The notes under the pieces: generated by a model | The model's input: the letters and a program-made list of their open reading frames with translations, nothing else | Told to the model about the DNA's origin: nothing | The model's database searches: none | Program-made: the position numbers and the translations under genes | Shown: piece after piece, positions 15,223-28,837 of the stretch | How positions within the stretch are numbered: position 1 is the stretch's first letter | Layout of the letters: the number at the start of each line of letters is the position of its first letter | Origin: Eledone cirrhosa | Lineage: Eukaryota | Direction of reading: 5' to 3' | DNA: 42,056 nt | NCBI GenBank assembly: GCA_964016885.1 | Contig: CAXHJY010000999.1 | Span: 1-42,056, forward strand

Positions 15223-15638
15223 TCTTACTCCAGCTGGAAATCCCCAGCAGTGTGCTTGATAAATTACCAAGCGATCTTTCATTCTCTAAACCTCCCAACA
15301 ATTTCCCTTGCTGCCAATCACATATCCTAACGTCTGACACTTGCCCTGACTCTTCTAAAATACCTGTCCGATGTGCAGCCACTGTTTAAACGAGCTTCTA
15401 ATATGCATTACACACCAGCAGTTGCACAGTTTTCGCCAGAGCATGTTACATACTTATGCTGTTTCAATGTGAGAAATTGTAAATTATCTTCTAAGAAATC
15501 ACAAAATTACCTCCCCTGTTTCTGCCATGCAAACACCACTTCTGTGAATGTGATTGACATGTTGTTGGCGTGACTATGGTGGAGGCGGGGAAGACATCAA
15601 CCAACCCACAGTCGCCATATTGAATGCATGTAAATGTT

Positions 15639-15716
<78 letters not shown>

Positions 15717-15803
15717 GAAACATATCAGTTTGTGTATGTATATGTGTGTCTGTGTGTGCATTTATGTATGTATTTATAATTATATATAAATTCTCTTTCC
15801 CGC

Positions 15804-16160
<357 letters not shown>

Positions 16161-16219
16161 TTGTATATATTTGTATATATCTGTACACACGCAGGCACAC
16201 ACATATACATACCATACTA

Positions 16220-16255
<36 letters not shown>

Positions 16256-16367
16256 TGTGTGGATGTTTTATGGGGGTGGGGCTGACGCTGTCGATATGTA
16301 TCCACACAGACACACACACATACACACACACACACAGACACATATATAAATGTAAATACATACTCAC

Positions 16368-16425
16368 AGGATCAGCCACACACCACCTCCAGTAAACATC
16401 AACATATTTTCTGACATAGTGACTC
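16368..16425 (-). other. Candidate small exon (58 nt)
   Basis: ctacctattctcccag|GAGTC...ATCCT|gtgagt in a unique island; two open frames. Confidence 0.35.
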
Positions 16426-16568
16426 CTGGGAGAATAGGTAGATAAATTGATTGACATAGATAGATCTGATATATATATATATACTTATATATATATACAC
16501 AATCACACATATACATATATATACATATATATATATATATACATTTATATATATATATATATAGATAC

Positions 16569-16600
<32 letters not shown>

Positions 16601-16928
16601 TCTTATATATATACACACACATATATATATATGTCTATATATATAAATATATTTATATATATATATACATTTATATATATATATATACATTTATATATAT
16701 ATATATACATTTATATATATATATATACATTTATATTTATATACATTTATTTATATATTTATTTATATACATTTATATATATATATACTTATATATATAT
16801 ACTTATATATATATATATATATATATACTTATATATATATATACACACACACATATATATATGTCTACATATATATATATAAATATATTTGTCTATGTAT
16901 ATATACATAAAGATATATATATATATAC

Positions 16929-17023
<95 letters not shown>

Positions 17024-17042
17024 TCTCTCTCTCTCTCTCTCT

Positions 17043-17129
<87 letters not shown>

Positions 17130-17441
17130 AGTGTGTAACATATGCCATTATATGTGACTTTACTAATTTATCAAAAGATTATTTCATGCTTTAAACATCT
17201 CCTCTATTTACTGACAGATTCTTCAGTTGGTTCACTGAATGGTAGTGTTGTTGTTGTTGTTGTAATTATGGTAGGGATGGTGGGGATGGCGGTGGTAGTG
17301 GTGGTTGAGATGGTGATGGAGGTGGTAGTGGTGGTTGTGTGCTGTTGTTTGTGGTGGTAGTAACATATACTTATATATGCAGGTGTATATACGCATACAT
17401 ACAGCCATACACACAAATATATAAGATATACGTACATACGT

Positions 17442-17491
<50 letters not shown>

Positions 17492-17518
17492 GTGTATATA
17501 TATATGTATATATATGTA

Positions 17519-17658
17519 TGTAAATTCCGTTATAACGAATACCATTATAACGAGATATTTTTCAATCCCCAGCCACACGCTCGATGTGTTAGGTCGATCT
17601 CGTTATAAAGCAATTTTCTTTCATAATCCGTGAATTTCGTTATAACGGAATTTCACTG
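17519..17658. mobile_element. pogo/Tigger-like MITE
   Basis: TIR AAATTCCGTTATAACGAA / TTCGTTATAACGGAATTTCACTG; homologous to 31181-31336. Confidence 0.7.
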
Positions 17659-17686
17659 CATATATATATATATATATAGTATATAG

Positions 17687-17754
<68 letters not shown>

Positions 17755-17843
17755 CTGTATATATATATACATAAATATATATATACTGTATATATATATA
17801 TAGTATATATATATATATACAGTATATAGTATATATATATATA

Positions 17844-18101
17844 GTCAGCTCAAAAGTGACACAGAGGAGACTGAGGTTGGCTGGACATGCTCACGGACAT
17901 CCAGAGTTGACATTGCACTCAGTGCTCCTTTGGGAGCCCCTACATGGACACACTAGAAGAGGAAGACCAAGGTTAACATATGTTGATGCCCTAAGGACAG
18001 ACACTGGTCTGTTGGAGATGCAGGATATGGCAGCGATAATGAGGGACAGAGACCGCTGGAGAGAACTCGTCCATGGATCTCGGGAATTTTACCCGCCTTA
18101 G
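17844..18101 (+). mobile_element. RTE-clade LINE 3' fragment
   Basis: QRRLRLAGH..LLWEP.HG..RGRP..TYVD..DRDRWRELV is the RTE C-terminal signature; the stop codon runs into (AT)n. Confidence 0.85.
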
Positions 18102-18139
<38 letters not shown>

Positions 18140-18225
18140 ATACTGTATATATAAATATATACATAAATATATATATATACTGTATATATATATATATATA
18201 TATACTGTATATATATATATATAAT

Positions 18226-18482
18226 ATATAAAATCAAAAGATGGTTAATAGAGTTCCATGTATTTTATTATGCGCATTTCAAAACAGTTGTGAATAGTGC
18301 AGTTTTTAAATCAACATATGTTGATTTAAAAACTGCAATATTCACAAGTGTTTTTTAACCTTCATATCATGTCTCCCTATTTTATCTGACGAAAACGCAA
18401 ATGTCATCGCATGATGATATTTGTTTTTGAAATGCGCATAATAAAATACATGGAACTCTTTTAACCATCTTTTGATCTTATG

Positions 18483-18484
<2 letters not shown>
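18226..18484. mobile_element. Spacerless palindromic HHR element (family G)
   Basis: Centre CAACAT|ATGTTG at 18317/18318; the left arm has an internal deletion removing the CTGACGA box; (TA)n flanks. Confidence 0.8.
18378..18448 (+). ncRNA. Type I hammerhead ribozyme
   Basis: TATTTTAT-CTGACGA-..GCAAATGTCATC gcat GATGATATTTGT..-GAAA-TGCGCA-TA-ATAAAATA: perfect 8-bp helix I and palindromic TGCGCA. Confidence 0.87.
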
Positions 18485-18531
<47 letters not shown>

Positions 18532-18554
18532 CAGTATACACACACACACACACA

Positions 18555-18753
18555 AAATGCAAAATATCACAAAGCGAATTAAGGTCTCAACAGAATGGTT
18601 ATAAGTTAACAAAAGCTATTCATCAGTCAATAGAATCAACTTAAAAAATCAAGAAAATTAACTGGTCAATAGCTAGACTCTGGAGATTAATACAAATATA
18701 AATTAGCGAGAATTGTATTTCGGCTTTGGAATTAGCGAAAAACACCTTCCGAG

Positions 18754-18758
<5 letters not shown>
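18555..18758 (-). mobile_element. Family D fragment spanning a unit-unit junction
   Basis: 18697-18758 matches the end of the 25421-26124 copy, and 18555-18636 matches its start. Confidence 0.7.
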
Positions 18759-18830
<72 letters not shown>

Positions 18831-18837
<7 letters not shown>

Positions 18838-18996
18838 GACGTAAAATAAGAAAATTTTAAAAATTAAAAATTAACTTACTTACTAAAAGTAAGTAAGTTA
18901 ATTTTTAATTTTTAAAATTTTCTTATTTTACGTCTTTCATATAATTGTTCTGCATCCCCCTGCATTGAACCACCTAGGTACTTTGACATAACTTAT
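18831..18996 (+). mobile_element. Family E asymmetric hairpin
   Basis: Perfect ~54-bp inverted repeat around a 3-nt loop at 18885-18887, then a ~50-nt tail; adjacent to (TA)n. Confidence 0.65.
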
Positions 18997-19047
18997 ATAT
19001 TTACTAGCATTAGTGTACATCTGTACGCATATGTTGGTAGATGTACT

Positions 19048-19131
<84 letters not shown>

Positions 19132-19258
19132 TATATACATTATGTATATATATATATATATAGTCGATCGACTTTCGTCAAATCGGACCGAGGAAACAAT
19201 GTTTCCTTTGGTCTTTCCAATTGGTAATACTTTCTATCCGTCGAAATTCCAGGTAGAA

Positions 19259-19373
19259 GGAGCAACTTGAAATAAAGTGTCTTGCTCAAGGACATAACGC
19301 ATCACCCGGTCCAGGAATCGATCTTACAACCTCACGATTGTGAATCCAATTCTCTTACCACTCAGCCTTCACC
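19259..19373 (-). mobile_element. tRNA-derived SINE family 2, 5' part
   Basis: GGCTGAGTGG A-box, GATCGATTCC B-box-like, GTCCTTGAGCAAGACACTTT; homologous to 39136-39340. Confidence 0.75.
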
Positions 19374-19462
<89 letters not shown>

Positions 19463-19534
19463 GAGAGAGAGAGTGAGAGTTGATAAATAATATAATTAAC
19501 AAACAGAAAATAAAGTTTTGCTTTGTTAATTTTT

Positions 19535-19950
19535 AAACTTAATAAACCTATAAACTTTACATAGCTAAATGGTAAACACACATACACACACAAACACACA
19601 TACACACACAAACACACACAGACACACACGCATATATATAGAGAGATAAACCTAATAAACTTATAAACTTTACACTGCTAAATCGTAAACATACATACAC
19701 ACACATAAACACTCACATACATAACATATACACACACACATATATATATAGATAGAGAGATAAACTCAATAAACTTATAAACTTTACATTGCTGAATGGT
19801 AAACACACACACACGCTTATATACAAACACATACACTCACACACAAATACACAAATACACACACCCACATACACACATATACACACATATATATAGAGAG
19901 ATAAACTTAAACTTATAAACTTTACATTGCTATATGGTAAACAAACACAC
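19535..19950. repeat. Diverged ~110-130-bp tandem repeat, 4 copies
   Basis: Core AAACTTATAAACTTTACATTGCTAAATGGTAAAC separated by CA/TA/GA tracts. Confidence 0.75.
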
Positions 19951-19987
19951 ATACACCCCCCCACACACACATACACACATACATAGA

Positions 19988-20086
<99 letters not shown>

Positions 20087-20146
20087 CATTAATCTAATAT
20101 ATCCCTTCCATATACTGTACCGATTGTGTTGTTATTACTGTTTACC

Positions 20147-20268
<122 letters not shown>

Positions 20269-20300
20269 TAGGTATAGGTGTCTACCTGTTATTATTCATT

Positions 20301-20360
<60 letters not shown>

Positions 20361-20605
20361 TGAGAGAGAGAGAGCTAAAAATGTAACCACAAATAAAAAC
20401 GTCAAACAACAACAACAACAAGCTCAATATGAAAATGAGGAATTATGGTTTAGGAAGAAGAAGAAAATAATTGTTTGGTGACATATTCTATGTCATCTCA
20501 GTAAATTGGTGAAAGTTAAATGACATCATTGATTGCTGTTAACGTTCGGTTTTTCTTTTTGAAAGGGAATTTGTGAAAATGATAAAAAATATTCAAATAA
20601 TAATA

Positions 20606-23560
20606 AAGGCAATAGAGAAACTCTCCAAATATAAAGATCTAGAGATAGAAATAACTCGAACGTAGAAAACGAAAACAGAAACAATACCTATAATAATGGG
20701 TGCTCTGGGAATGATAAAAACACAGACAAATACATAGCCAAACCACAGGACTTACAAATATATACAGCATACAAAAGATAGCACTACTAGGTACTGTATA
20801 TATATTATGTAGAGTACCACAGGACTTACAAATATATACAATATACAAACGATAGCACTAGTAGGTACTGTATATATATTATATAGAGTACCACAAGACT
20901 TACAAATATATACATCATACAAAAGATAGCACTACTAGGTACTGTATATATATTATATAGAGTACCACAGAACTTACAAATATATACAATATACAAACGA
21001 TAGCACTAGTAGGTACTGTATATATATTATATAGAGTACCACAGGACAACATACAAACGATAGCACTAGAAGGTACTGTATATACATTATATAGAGTACC
21101 ATAGGACTTACAAATATATACAACATACAAAAGATACCACTACTAGGTACTGTATATATATTATATAGAGTACCACAGGACTTATAAATATATACAACAT
21201 ACAAAAGATAGCACTACTAGGTACTGTATATATATTATATAGAGTACCACAGGACTTACAAATATATACAACATACAAAAGATAGCACTACTAGGTACTG
21301 TATATATATTATATAGAGTACCACAGGACTTACAAATATATACAGCATACAAAAGATAGCACTACTAGGTACTGTATATATATTATATAGAGTACCATAG
21401 GACTTACAAATATATACAACATACAAACGATAGCGCTAGTAGGTACTGTATATATATTATATAGAGTACCACAGGACAACATACAAACGATAGCACTAGA
21501 AGGTACTGTATATACATTATATAGAGTACCATAGGACTTACAAATATATACAACATACAAAAGATACCACTACTAGATACTGTATATACATTATATAGAG
21601 TACCATAGGACTTACAAATATATACAACATACAAAAGATAGCACTACTAGGTACTGTATATATATTATATAGAGTACCACAGGACTTATAAATATATACA
21701 ACATACAAAAGATAGCACTACTAGGTACTGTATATATATTATATAGAGTACCACAGGACTTACAAATATATACAACATACAAACGATAGCACTACTAGGT
21801 ACTGTATATACATTATATAGAGTACCATAGGACTTACAAATATATACAACATACAAAAGATAGCACTACTAGGTACTGTATATATATTATATAGAGTACC
21901 ACAGGACTTACAAATATATACAGCATACAAAAGATAGCACTACTAGGTACTGTATATACATTATATAGAGTACCATAGGACTTACAAATATATACAACAT
22001 ACAAAAGATAGCACTACTAGGTACTGTATATATATTATATAGAGTACCACAGGACTTACAAATATATACAGCATACAAAAGATAGCACTACTAGGTACTG
22101 TATATATATTATATAGAGTACCACAGGACTTACAAATATATACAACATACAAACGATAGCACTACTAGGTACTGTATATACATTATATAGAGTACCATAG
22201 GACTTACAAATATATACAACATACAAACGATAGCACTAGTAGGTACTGTATATACATTATATAGAGTACCATAGGACTTACAAATATATACATCATACAA
22301 ACGATAGCACTAGATGGTACTGAATATATACATTATATAGAGTACCACAAGACTTACAAATATATACAGCATACAAAAGATAGCACTACTAGGTACTGTA
22401 TATATATTATATAGAGTACCACAGGACTTACAAATATATACAACATACAAACGATAGCACTAGTAGGTACTGTATATACATTAAATAGAGTACCATAAGA
22501 CTTACAAATATATACAACATACAAACGATAGCACTAGTAGGTACTGTATATACATTAAATAGAGTACCATAAGACTTACAAATATATACAACATACAAAC
22601 GATAGCACTACTAGGTACTGTATATATATTATATAGAGTACCACAGGACTTACAAATATATACAGCATACAAACGATAGCACTACTAGGTACTGTATATA
22701 CATTATATAGAGTACCACAGGACTTACAAATATATACAGCATACAAACGATAGCACTAGTAGGTACTGTATATACATTATATAGAGTACCATAGGACTTA
22801 CAAATATATACATCATACAAACGATAGCACTAGTAGGTACTGTATATACATTATATAGAGTACCATAGGACTTACAAATATATACATCATACAAACGATA
22901 GCACTAGTAGGTACTGTATATACATTAAATAGAGTACCATAGGACTTACAAATATATACATCATACAAACGATAGCACTACTAGGTACTGTATATATATT
23001 ATATAGAGTACCACAAGACTTACAAATATATACAGCATACAAACGATAGCACTAGATGGTACTGAATATATACATTATATAGAGTACCACAAGACTTACA
23101 AATATATACAGCATACAAAAGATAGCACTACTAGGTACTGTATATATATTATATAGAGTACTATAGGACTTACAAATATATACAGCATACAAACGATAGC
23201 ACTAGTAGGTACTGTATATATATTATATAGAGTACCACAGGACTTACAAATATATACAACATACAAACGATAGCACTACTAGGTACTGTATATATATTAT
23301 GTAGAGTACCACAGGACTTACAAATATATACAACATACAAAAGATAGCACTACTAGGTACTGTATATATATTATATAGAGTACCACAGGACTTACAAATA
23401 TATACATCATACAAACGATAGCACTACTAGGTACTGCACAAATATTACAAAAAGTACTATCAATACTATAGAAACAACATCAGCAAAAACTACACTGCAC
23501 ATACCCAAGGCACACAGAGCTGTGCTCAGTAAAGCAGTAATGATGTGCAATAAAAGTGAT
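20606..23560 (+). mobile_element. R4/Dong-like (RLE) non-LTR retrotransposon 3' remnant split by a satellite
   Basis: EKLSKYKDLEIEITRT*KTKTETIPIIMGALGMIK..GLTNIYSIQKIALLGT..AQILQKVLSIL*, stop at 23469-23471. Confidence 0.8.
20742..23436. repeat. 74-bp tandem satellite, ~36 copies
   Basis: ACCACAGGACTTACAAATATATACAGCATACAAAAGATAGCACTACTAGGTACTGTATATATATTATATAGAGT. Confidence 0.95.
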
Positions 23561-23566
23561 AATGGT

Positions 23567-23760
23567 GGACCACTTCAAAAGGTATGCTTGCTGGGAACAG
23601 CAAGAACCCTCCGATACGTCCTGAATATCTGAGGCTGTAGGTAGCGGCTTGATGTTCATTTCAACAAACTTTCCAGTTAAATAACATCAATGACTGAGAC
23701 TCAAAGAACGACAACAACAACAACAACAACAACAATAATAATAATAGTTATAATAATGAT
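23567..23760 (+). mobile_element. Second R4-like LINE 3' end
   Basis: LQKVCLLGTARTLRYVLNI* (stop 23630-23632), short UTR, (AAC)n(AAT)n tail. Confidence 0.75.
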
Positions 23761-23869
23761 AATAATGTTAATGGCAATAATGGTAATAACAATATGGTGA
23801 TGGTGATGGTGGTGATGATGGTGATGATGATGATGGTGATGGTGATGATGATGGTGATGATGGTGATGG

Positions 23870-23900
<31 letters not shown>

Positions 23901-24200
23901 GGTGATGATGATGATGGTGATGATGATGATGGTGGTGATGATGATGATGATGATGATGATGATGGTGATGATAAGCTGACGTTGACCTTTACGGAATATA
24001 ATATTTGGAGTTGTATACTGTGTAGCAGAAAGGTGTCTTTTATTAAATTATTCTTCTTGGTGTTCGTCTTGTTAGAATATTTCAAAATCTGAAGAACACA
24101 CACAAACACATACACTATATATATACATATATAAAACATACATGTGTGTATACCTCTCTCTCTCTCTCCCCCCCTCTCTCTCTCTCTCTCTTTCTCTCTT

Positions 24201-24233
<33 letters not shown>

Positions 24234-24360
24234 TGTGTGTGTGTACGTAAAAGGTAAACAGAAATAACAACACAATCGGTACAGCATATAGAAGGGATAT
24301 GCATGTGTGTAGGGACATGTCTCTTTATGTGTGAGTGTGTGTATATATATATATATATAT

Positions 24361-24751
24361 CTAGGGCGGGTAAAATTCCCGAGATCCATGGACGAGTTCT
24401 CTCCAGCGGTCTCTGTCCCTCATTATCGCTGCCATGCCCTGCGTTTCCAACAGACCAGTGTCTATCCTTAGGGCATCAACATACGTTAACATTGGTCTTC
24501 CTCTTCCAGTGTGTCCATGTAGGGGCTCCCACAGGAGCACTGAGTGCAATGTCAACTCTGGATGTCGGTGAGCATGTCCAGCTAACCTCAGTCTCCTCTG
24601 TGTCACTTTTGAGCTGACATTTTGGAGGGTCCCATACAGCTCTGAGATTTTCATCCCCTGTGTATACTGATTAATGTTCAGAGCCATCCTCACCATTCTC
24701 GTGTAGCACCCATCCACCATCTGAGTGAGTTTCTTGGTCAGTGTCCAAGTC
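24361..24751 (-). mobile_element. RTE-clade LINE 3' fragment, same family as 17844
   Basis: WTLTKK..DGCYTRM.RMALNI..RRLRLAGH..RGRP..; stop codon abuts (AT)n. Confidence 0.85.
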
Positions 24752-24804
24752 TATATATATATATATCTGTGTGTGTGTGTAGGAGCATGTCTCTATATGT
24801 GTGA

Positions 24805-24856
<52 letters not shown>

Positions 24857-24900
24857 AAGTTAAATAAAAGTCAAATGATTAAAATTTAGCTTCGTTTATT

Positions 24901-24955
24901 ACTGCTATATATATTTCAGTGACAGCCATCTTTGGCTGTGACCTCTTCAGGCAGT
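24901..24955 (-). ncRNA. Type I hammerhead ribozyme (family F)
   Basis: Inverted copy of 25178-25232. Confidence 0.82.
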
Positions 24956-25177
24956 TTGAATTAGTATGGTATAGACAAGTACATATGTTGTTTAGGTGTA
25001 TGATATTGTCAATACTCTGATATGCCCAGTTCCTTGCTGGGTTGTTAATTCACTGGGGAACTGGAGTCATATGACTCCAGTTCCCCAGTGAATTAACAAG
25101 GAACTGGGCATATCAGAGTATTGACAATATCATACACCTAAACAACATATGTACTTGTCTATACCATACTAATTCAA

Positions 25178-25232
25178 ACTGCCTGAAGAGGTCACAGCCA
25201 AAGATGGCTGTCACTGAAATATATATAGCAGT
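25178..25232 (+). ncRNA. Type I hammerhead ribozyme (family F)
   Basis: ACTGC-CTGAAGA-GGTcACAGCCA aaga TGGCTGTcACT-GAAA-TATATA-TA-GCAGT, then AATAAA. Confidence 0.82.
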
Positions 25233-25378
25233 AATAAACGAAGCTAAATTTTAATCATTTGACTTTTATTTAACTTTATTTTACACTACTCCGGAGTAAC
25301 CAAACCAACCTGCGCACTTCGTCGAGTGCTCCAGCCTGCATACTGAGGTGTTGGTATACAACCAACATAAACTCAAAA

Positions 25379-25420
<42 letters not shown>

Positions 25421-25425
<5 letters not shown>

Positions 25426-26124
25426 TATTGACTGATTAATAGCTCTTGTTAATTTTAAAACCATTCTGTTGAAAACTTAATTCGTTTTGTGATATTTTGC
25501 AATTTTGCAATAACACGCATACTGAATTCATCCGCCAAAACTAAGGGTTGCCCCCCTTGTCGAGCCCCACGTGGGTTTTGATAACGGTTAGTCCTTGGCT
25601 TAGCACTGAACTAAAAGCCTGTTGAGAAAGTGACTTCCTTGTTCGATCATCTCACCAAAAGCTTAACATTATTTGTCTATTTGAAGCATAGAGTTACGTC
25701 CCTTTATGATCTGAGTTCAAAATCCCGCCGAGGTTAACTTTGCCTTTCATCCTTACGGGGTCGATAAAATAAAGTACCAGTAATATACTGGGTAATTGCT
25801 GGCCTTGTGCCAAAAGTAAAAAACAATTATTTGTCTAAGCAGACAGTACTTCATTTAGGAGTTGCAGAAATCCAAATGCTGGATATTACCAAACTTCCCG
25901 GGGTCCGGGTATAATTTTCAATCATATTTTATTTGTTTGACCCGAATTACTTGGTCGTTTCTATGGCTGTGCGGATAATGGTTTAATCATCGTCTCAGTG
26001 TGTTTGGCCTTTTAACTTATGTTGTTGCTCTAGTTCACTAGCTTCTATGGAGCGCTTGCCACACATCTCGGAAGTTGTTTTTCGCTAGTTTCCAATAGCC
26101 GAAATACGATTCTCGCTAATTTAT
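25421..26124 (+). mobile_element. Family D element interrupted by a SINE
   Basis: (TA)n at both ends; homologous to 4525-5085 and 18555-18758. Confidence 0.7.
25680..25825 (+). mobile_element. SINE family 1, 5'-truncated, with 12-bp TSD
   Basis: TSD ATTATTTGTCTA at 25668-25679 and 25826-25837. Confidence 0.88.
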
Positions 26125-26372
26125 ATATATATATATATATATATATATGAACAACCTTCTACCATGAGGTAATGTAGTGCTACAAATGCTGCAGACATTT
26201 ATGTAGTTTAATAAGTGGGAATACAGCCATTTCCCAAATGATTCAGTAATTTGCAAACTAAAAATACAACCGTTTTAAACTTGATACAAAATGTAAAATT
26301 CTGGCTTCGGCCGATTTCTTTTTGTACATCCTAAACATGAACAGTTAAGGGCCTAAACACTTGCTTGATGGG

Positions 26373-27930
26373 GTTTTCTTCTCAGACCTTCTGTTGTCCA
26401 GCTCTCCTGAGAGTTTCTTCTCAGAAGACCTTCTGCTGTCCAGCTCTCCCGAGAGTTTCTTCTCTGAAGATCTTCTGCTGTCCAGCTCTCCTGAGAGTTT
26501 CTTCTCTGAAGACCTTCTGTTGTCCAGCTCTCCTGAGAGTTTCTTCTCAGAAGACCTTCTGCTGTCCAGCTCTCCTGAGAGGCTCTTCTCTGAAGACCTT
26601 CTACTGTCCAGCTCTCCTGAGAACTTCTCAAAAGACCTTCTGCTGTCCAGCTCTCCTGAGAATCTCTTCTCTGAAGACCTTCTGTTGTCCAGCTCTCCTG
26701 AGAGTTTCTTCTCAGAAGACCTTCTGCTGTCCAGCTCTCATGAGAGTTTCTTCTCAGAAGACCTTCTGTTGTCCAGCTCTCCTGAGAGTTTCTTCTCAGA
26801 AGACCTTCTGCTGTCCAGCTCTCATGAGAGTTTCTTCTCAGAAGACCTTCTGTTGTCCAGCTCTCCTGAGAGTTTCTTCTCAGAAGACCTTCTGCTGTCC
26901 AGCTCTCATGAGAGTTTCTTCTCAGAAGACCTGCTGTCCAGCTCTCCTGAGAGTTTCTTCTCAGAAGACCTTCTGCTGTCCAGCTCTCATGAGAGTTTCT
27001 TCTCAGAAGACCTTCTGCTGTCCAGCTCTCCTGAGAACTTCTCAGAAGATCTTCTGCTGTCCAGCTCTCCTGAGAGTTTCTTCTCTGAAGACCCTCTACT
27101 GTCCAGCTCTCCTGAGAGTTTCTTCTCAGAAGACCTTCTGCTGTCCAGCTCTCCTGAGAATCTCTTCTCTGAAGACCTTCTGTTGTCCAGCTCTCCTGAG
27201 AGTTTCTTCTCAGAAGACCTTCTGCTGTCCAGCTCTCCTGAGAATCTCTTCTCTGAAGACCTTCTGTTGTCCAGCTCTCCTGAGAGTTTCTTCTCTGAAG
27301 ACCTTCTACTGTCCAGCTCTCCTGAGAACTTCTCAGAAGACCTTCTGCTGTCCAGCTCTCCTGAGAACTTCTCAGAAGACCTTCTACTGTCCAGCTCTCC
27401 TGAGAACTTCTCAGAAGACCTTCCGCTGTCCAGCTCTCTTGAGAGTTTCTTCTCTGAAGACCTTCTGCTGTCCAGCTCGCCTGAGAGTTTCTTCTCAGAA
27501 GACCTTCTGCTGTCCAGCTCTCCTGAGAGGCTCTTCTCTGAAGACCTTCTGCTGTCCAGCTCTCCTGAGAACTTCTCAGAAGACCTTCTGCTATCCAGCT
27601 CTCCTGAGAGTTTCTTCTCTGAAGAGCCTCTGCTGTCCAGCTCTCCTGAGAACTTCTCAGAAGACCTGCTGTCCAGCTCTCCTGAGAGTTTCTTCTCTGA
27701 AGTCCTTCTGCTGTCCAGCTCTCTTGAGAGTTTCTTCTCTGAAGACCTTCTGTTGTCCAGCTCGCCTGAGAGTTTCTTCTCAGAAGACCTTCTGCTGTCC
27801 AGCTCTCCTGAGAGTTTCTTCTCAGAAGACCTTCTGCTGTCCAGCTCTCCTGAGAACTTCTCAGAAGACCTTCTGCTATCCAGCTCTCCTGAGAATCTCT
27901 TCTCAGAAGACCTTCTGCTGTCCAACTCTA
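26373..27930. repeat. 42/39-bp minisatellite, ~38 copies
   Basis: GAGAGTTTCTTCTCAGAAGACCTTCTGCTGTCCAGCTCTCCT. Confidence 0.95.
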
Positions 27931-28261
27931 AAATTTTACAACTGTAAAATTTTGGCTCCGAAAGAATTCTTCTTGTACATCCTAAAACATCAGAAGTTAA
28001 AGGCCGCAAAATTGCTTGAGGGCTTTTTTCTTAGAAGACATGTCCAGTTCTCCTGAGAGTGTCTTGCAGAAAGGGATGTAAGTTCTTGGCAGAGCTAAAA
28101 AGTAATGTCCGTGCCCCACTCCCATTTATGAGGAAAAGTTCAAAAGATGGCAATTCTCGAAACTGAGGTGCAGCCATGATGTATGTATGTATATATGTTT
28201 GTATGTATGATGCAATTTCTGTCAGCGTGTACCCCTCTCAAGGGCTGGTTGTGTTAATCAC

Positions 28262-28660
28262 TTGAATTCACATGAAAGGATAACCACCTGGAACACCACT
28301 CAACAAAGACCTGGCGAAACAACGTGTGTGATATGCAACAAAGTGTGTAAAACTAGTTCCGGACTAAAATCACACATGGTGGTACATAAAGATTGTGTCC
28401 CACAGGGTGACACCACCGGCCCTATGGAAAGCACAACTCTCTTCTGCCACCTGTGTCGTAAACCGTGCAGATCACAGACGGAAATCACCTGTGAAGACGC
28501 TGCAATCCTCATGTATGATGTGGAGCATGAACAATTAAAGAGGGGGTTTGCGTAAGGGTTTACACAATAGTACTTTACTAGGATTTTCAGATGCTCAAAA
28601 TAACTTTATGTGCAATGAGTGTGGCCGAGTTTGCTTCAGTAAAGCTGGTCTTAGAAGATA
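28262..28660 (+). mobile_element. Degenerate LINE (RTE-BovB-like) C-terminal C2H2 zinc-finger fragments
   Basis: CVICNKVCKTSSGLKSHMVVH, CHLCRKPCRS and, after a frameshift, KRGLRKG..FMCNECGRVCFSKAGL. Confidence 0.55.
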
Positions 28661-28790
28661 ACTAACAAAACACGTACAAAATATTGCACATTATAGTCTG
28701 TTTGACATTTCTTCCTGTCGCAAGTGTAGAAAACATCGTGCCTCGGCTGGTGGACCCTTCCCTCCCTACCAACATAATTTGAAAACTCAC

Positions 28791-28837
28791 CAAAATAAAC
28801 CAAAATAGGGAAATCAGAGTGGAAGTAATATTCATCT
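28791..28837 (-). other. Candidate small exon (47 nt)
   Basis: tgctgcag|AGATGAAT...ATTTTG|gtgagt; one frame reads MNITSTLISLFWFIL. Confidence 0.3.

Larger units (their letters stand above)
24851..25380. mobile_element. Family F spacerless palindrome with two HHRs and a tail
   Basis: Centre GTCAT|ATGAC at 25070/25071; ~215-bp arms identical except a 7-bp indel; ~98-nt tail at 25283-25380; (TA)n flanks. Confidence 0.88.

Noticed and set aside
15223-15630. Unique island with minus-strand donor-like sites
   Set aside because: No convincing acceptor-donor pair or recognisable peptide.
17170-17230. CTGAAGA..GAAA on the minus strand
   Set aside because: Helices II and III do not pair.
20742-23436. 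CRISPR-like appearance of regular repeats (also 35970-36681)
   Set aside because: No unique spacers; eukaryotic tandem repeats.
26373-27930. Many CTGAAGA words as hammerhead cores
   Set aside because: No GAAA or helix III on the same strand.
28262-28555. Host C2H2 zinc-finger gene
   Set aside because: No TGEKP linkers; truncated and frameshifted; pattern fits LINE C-terminal fingers.
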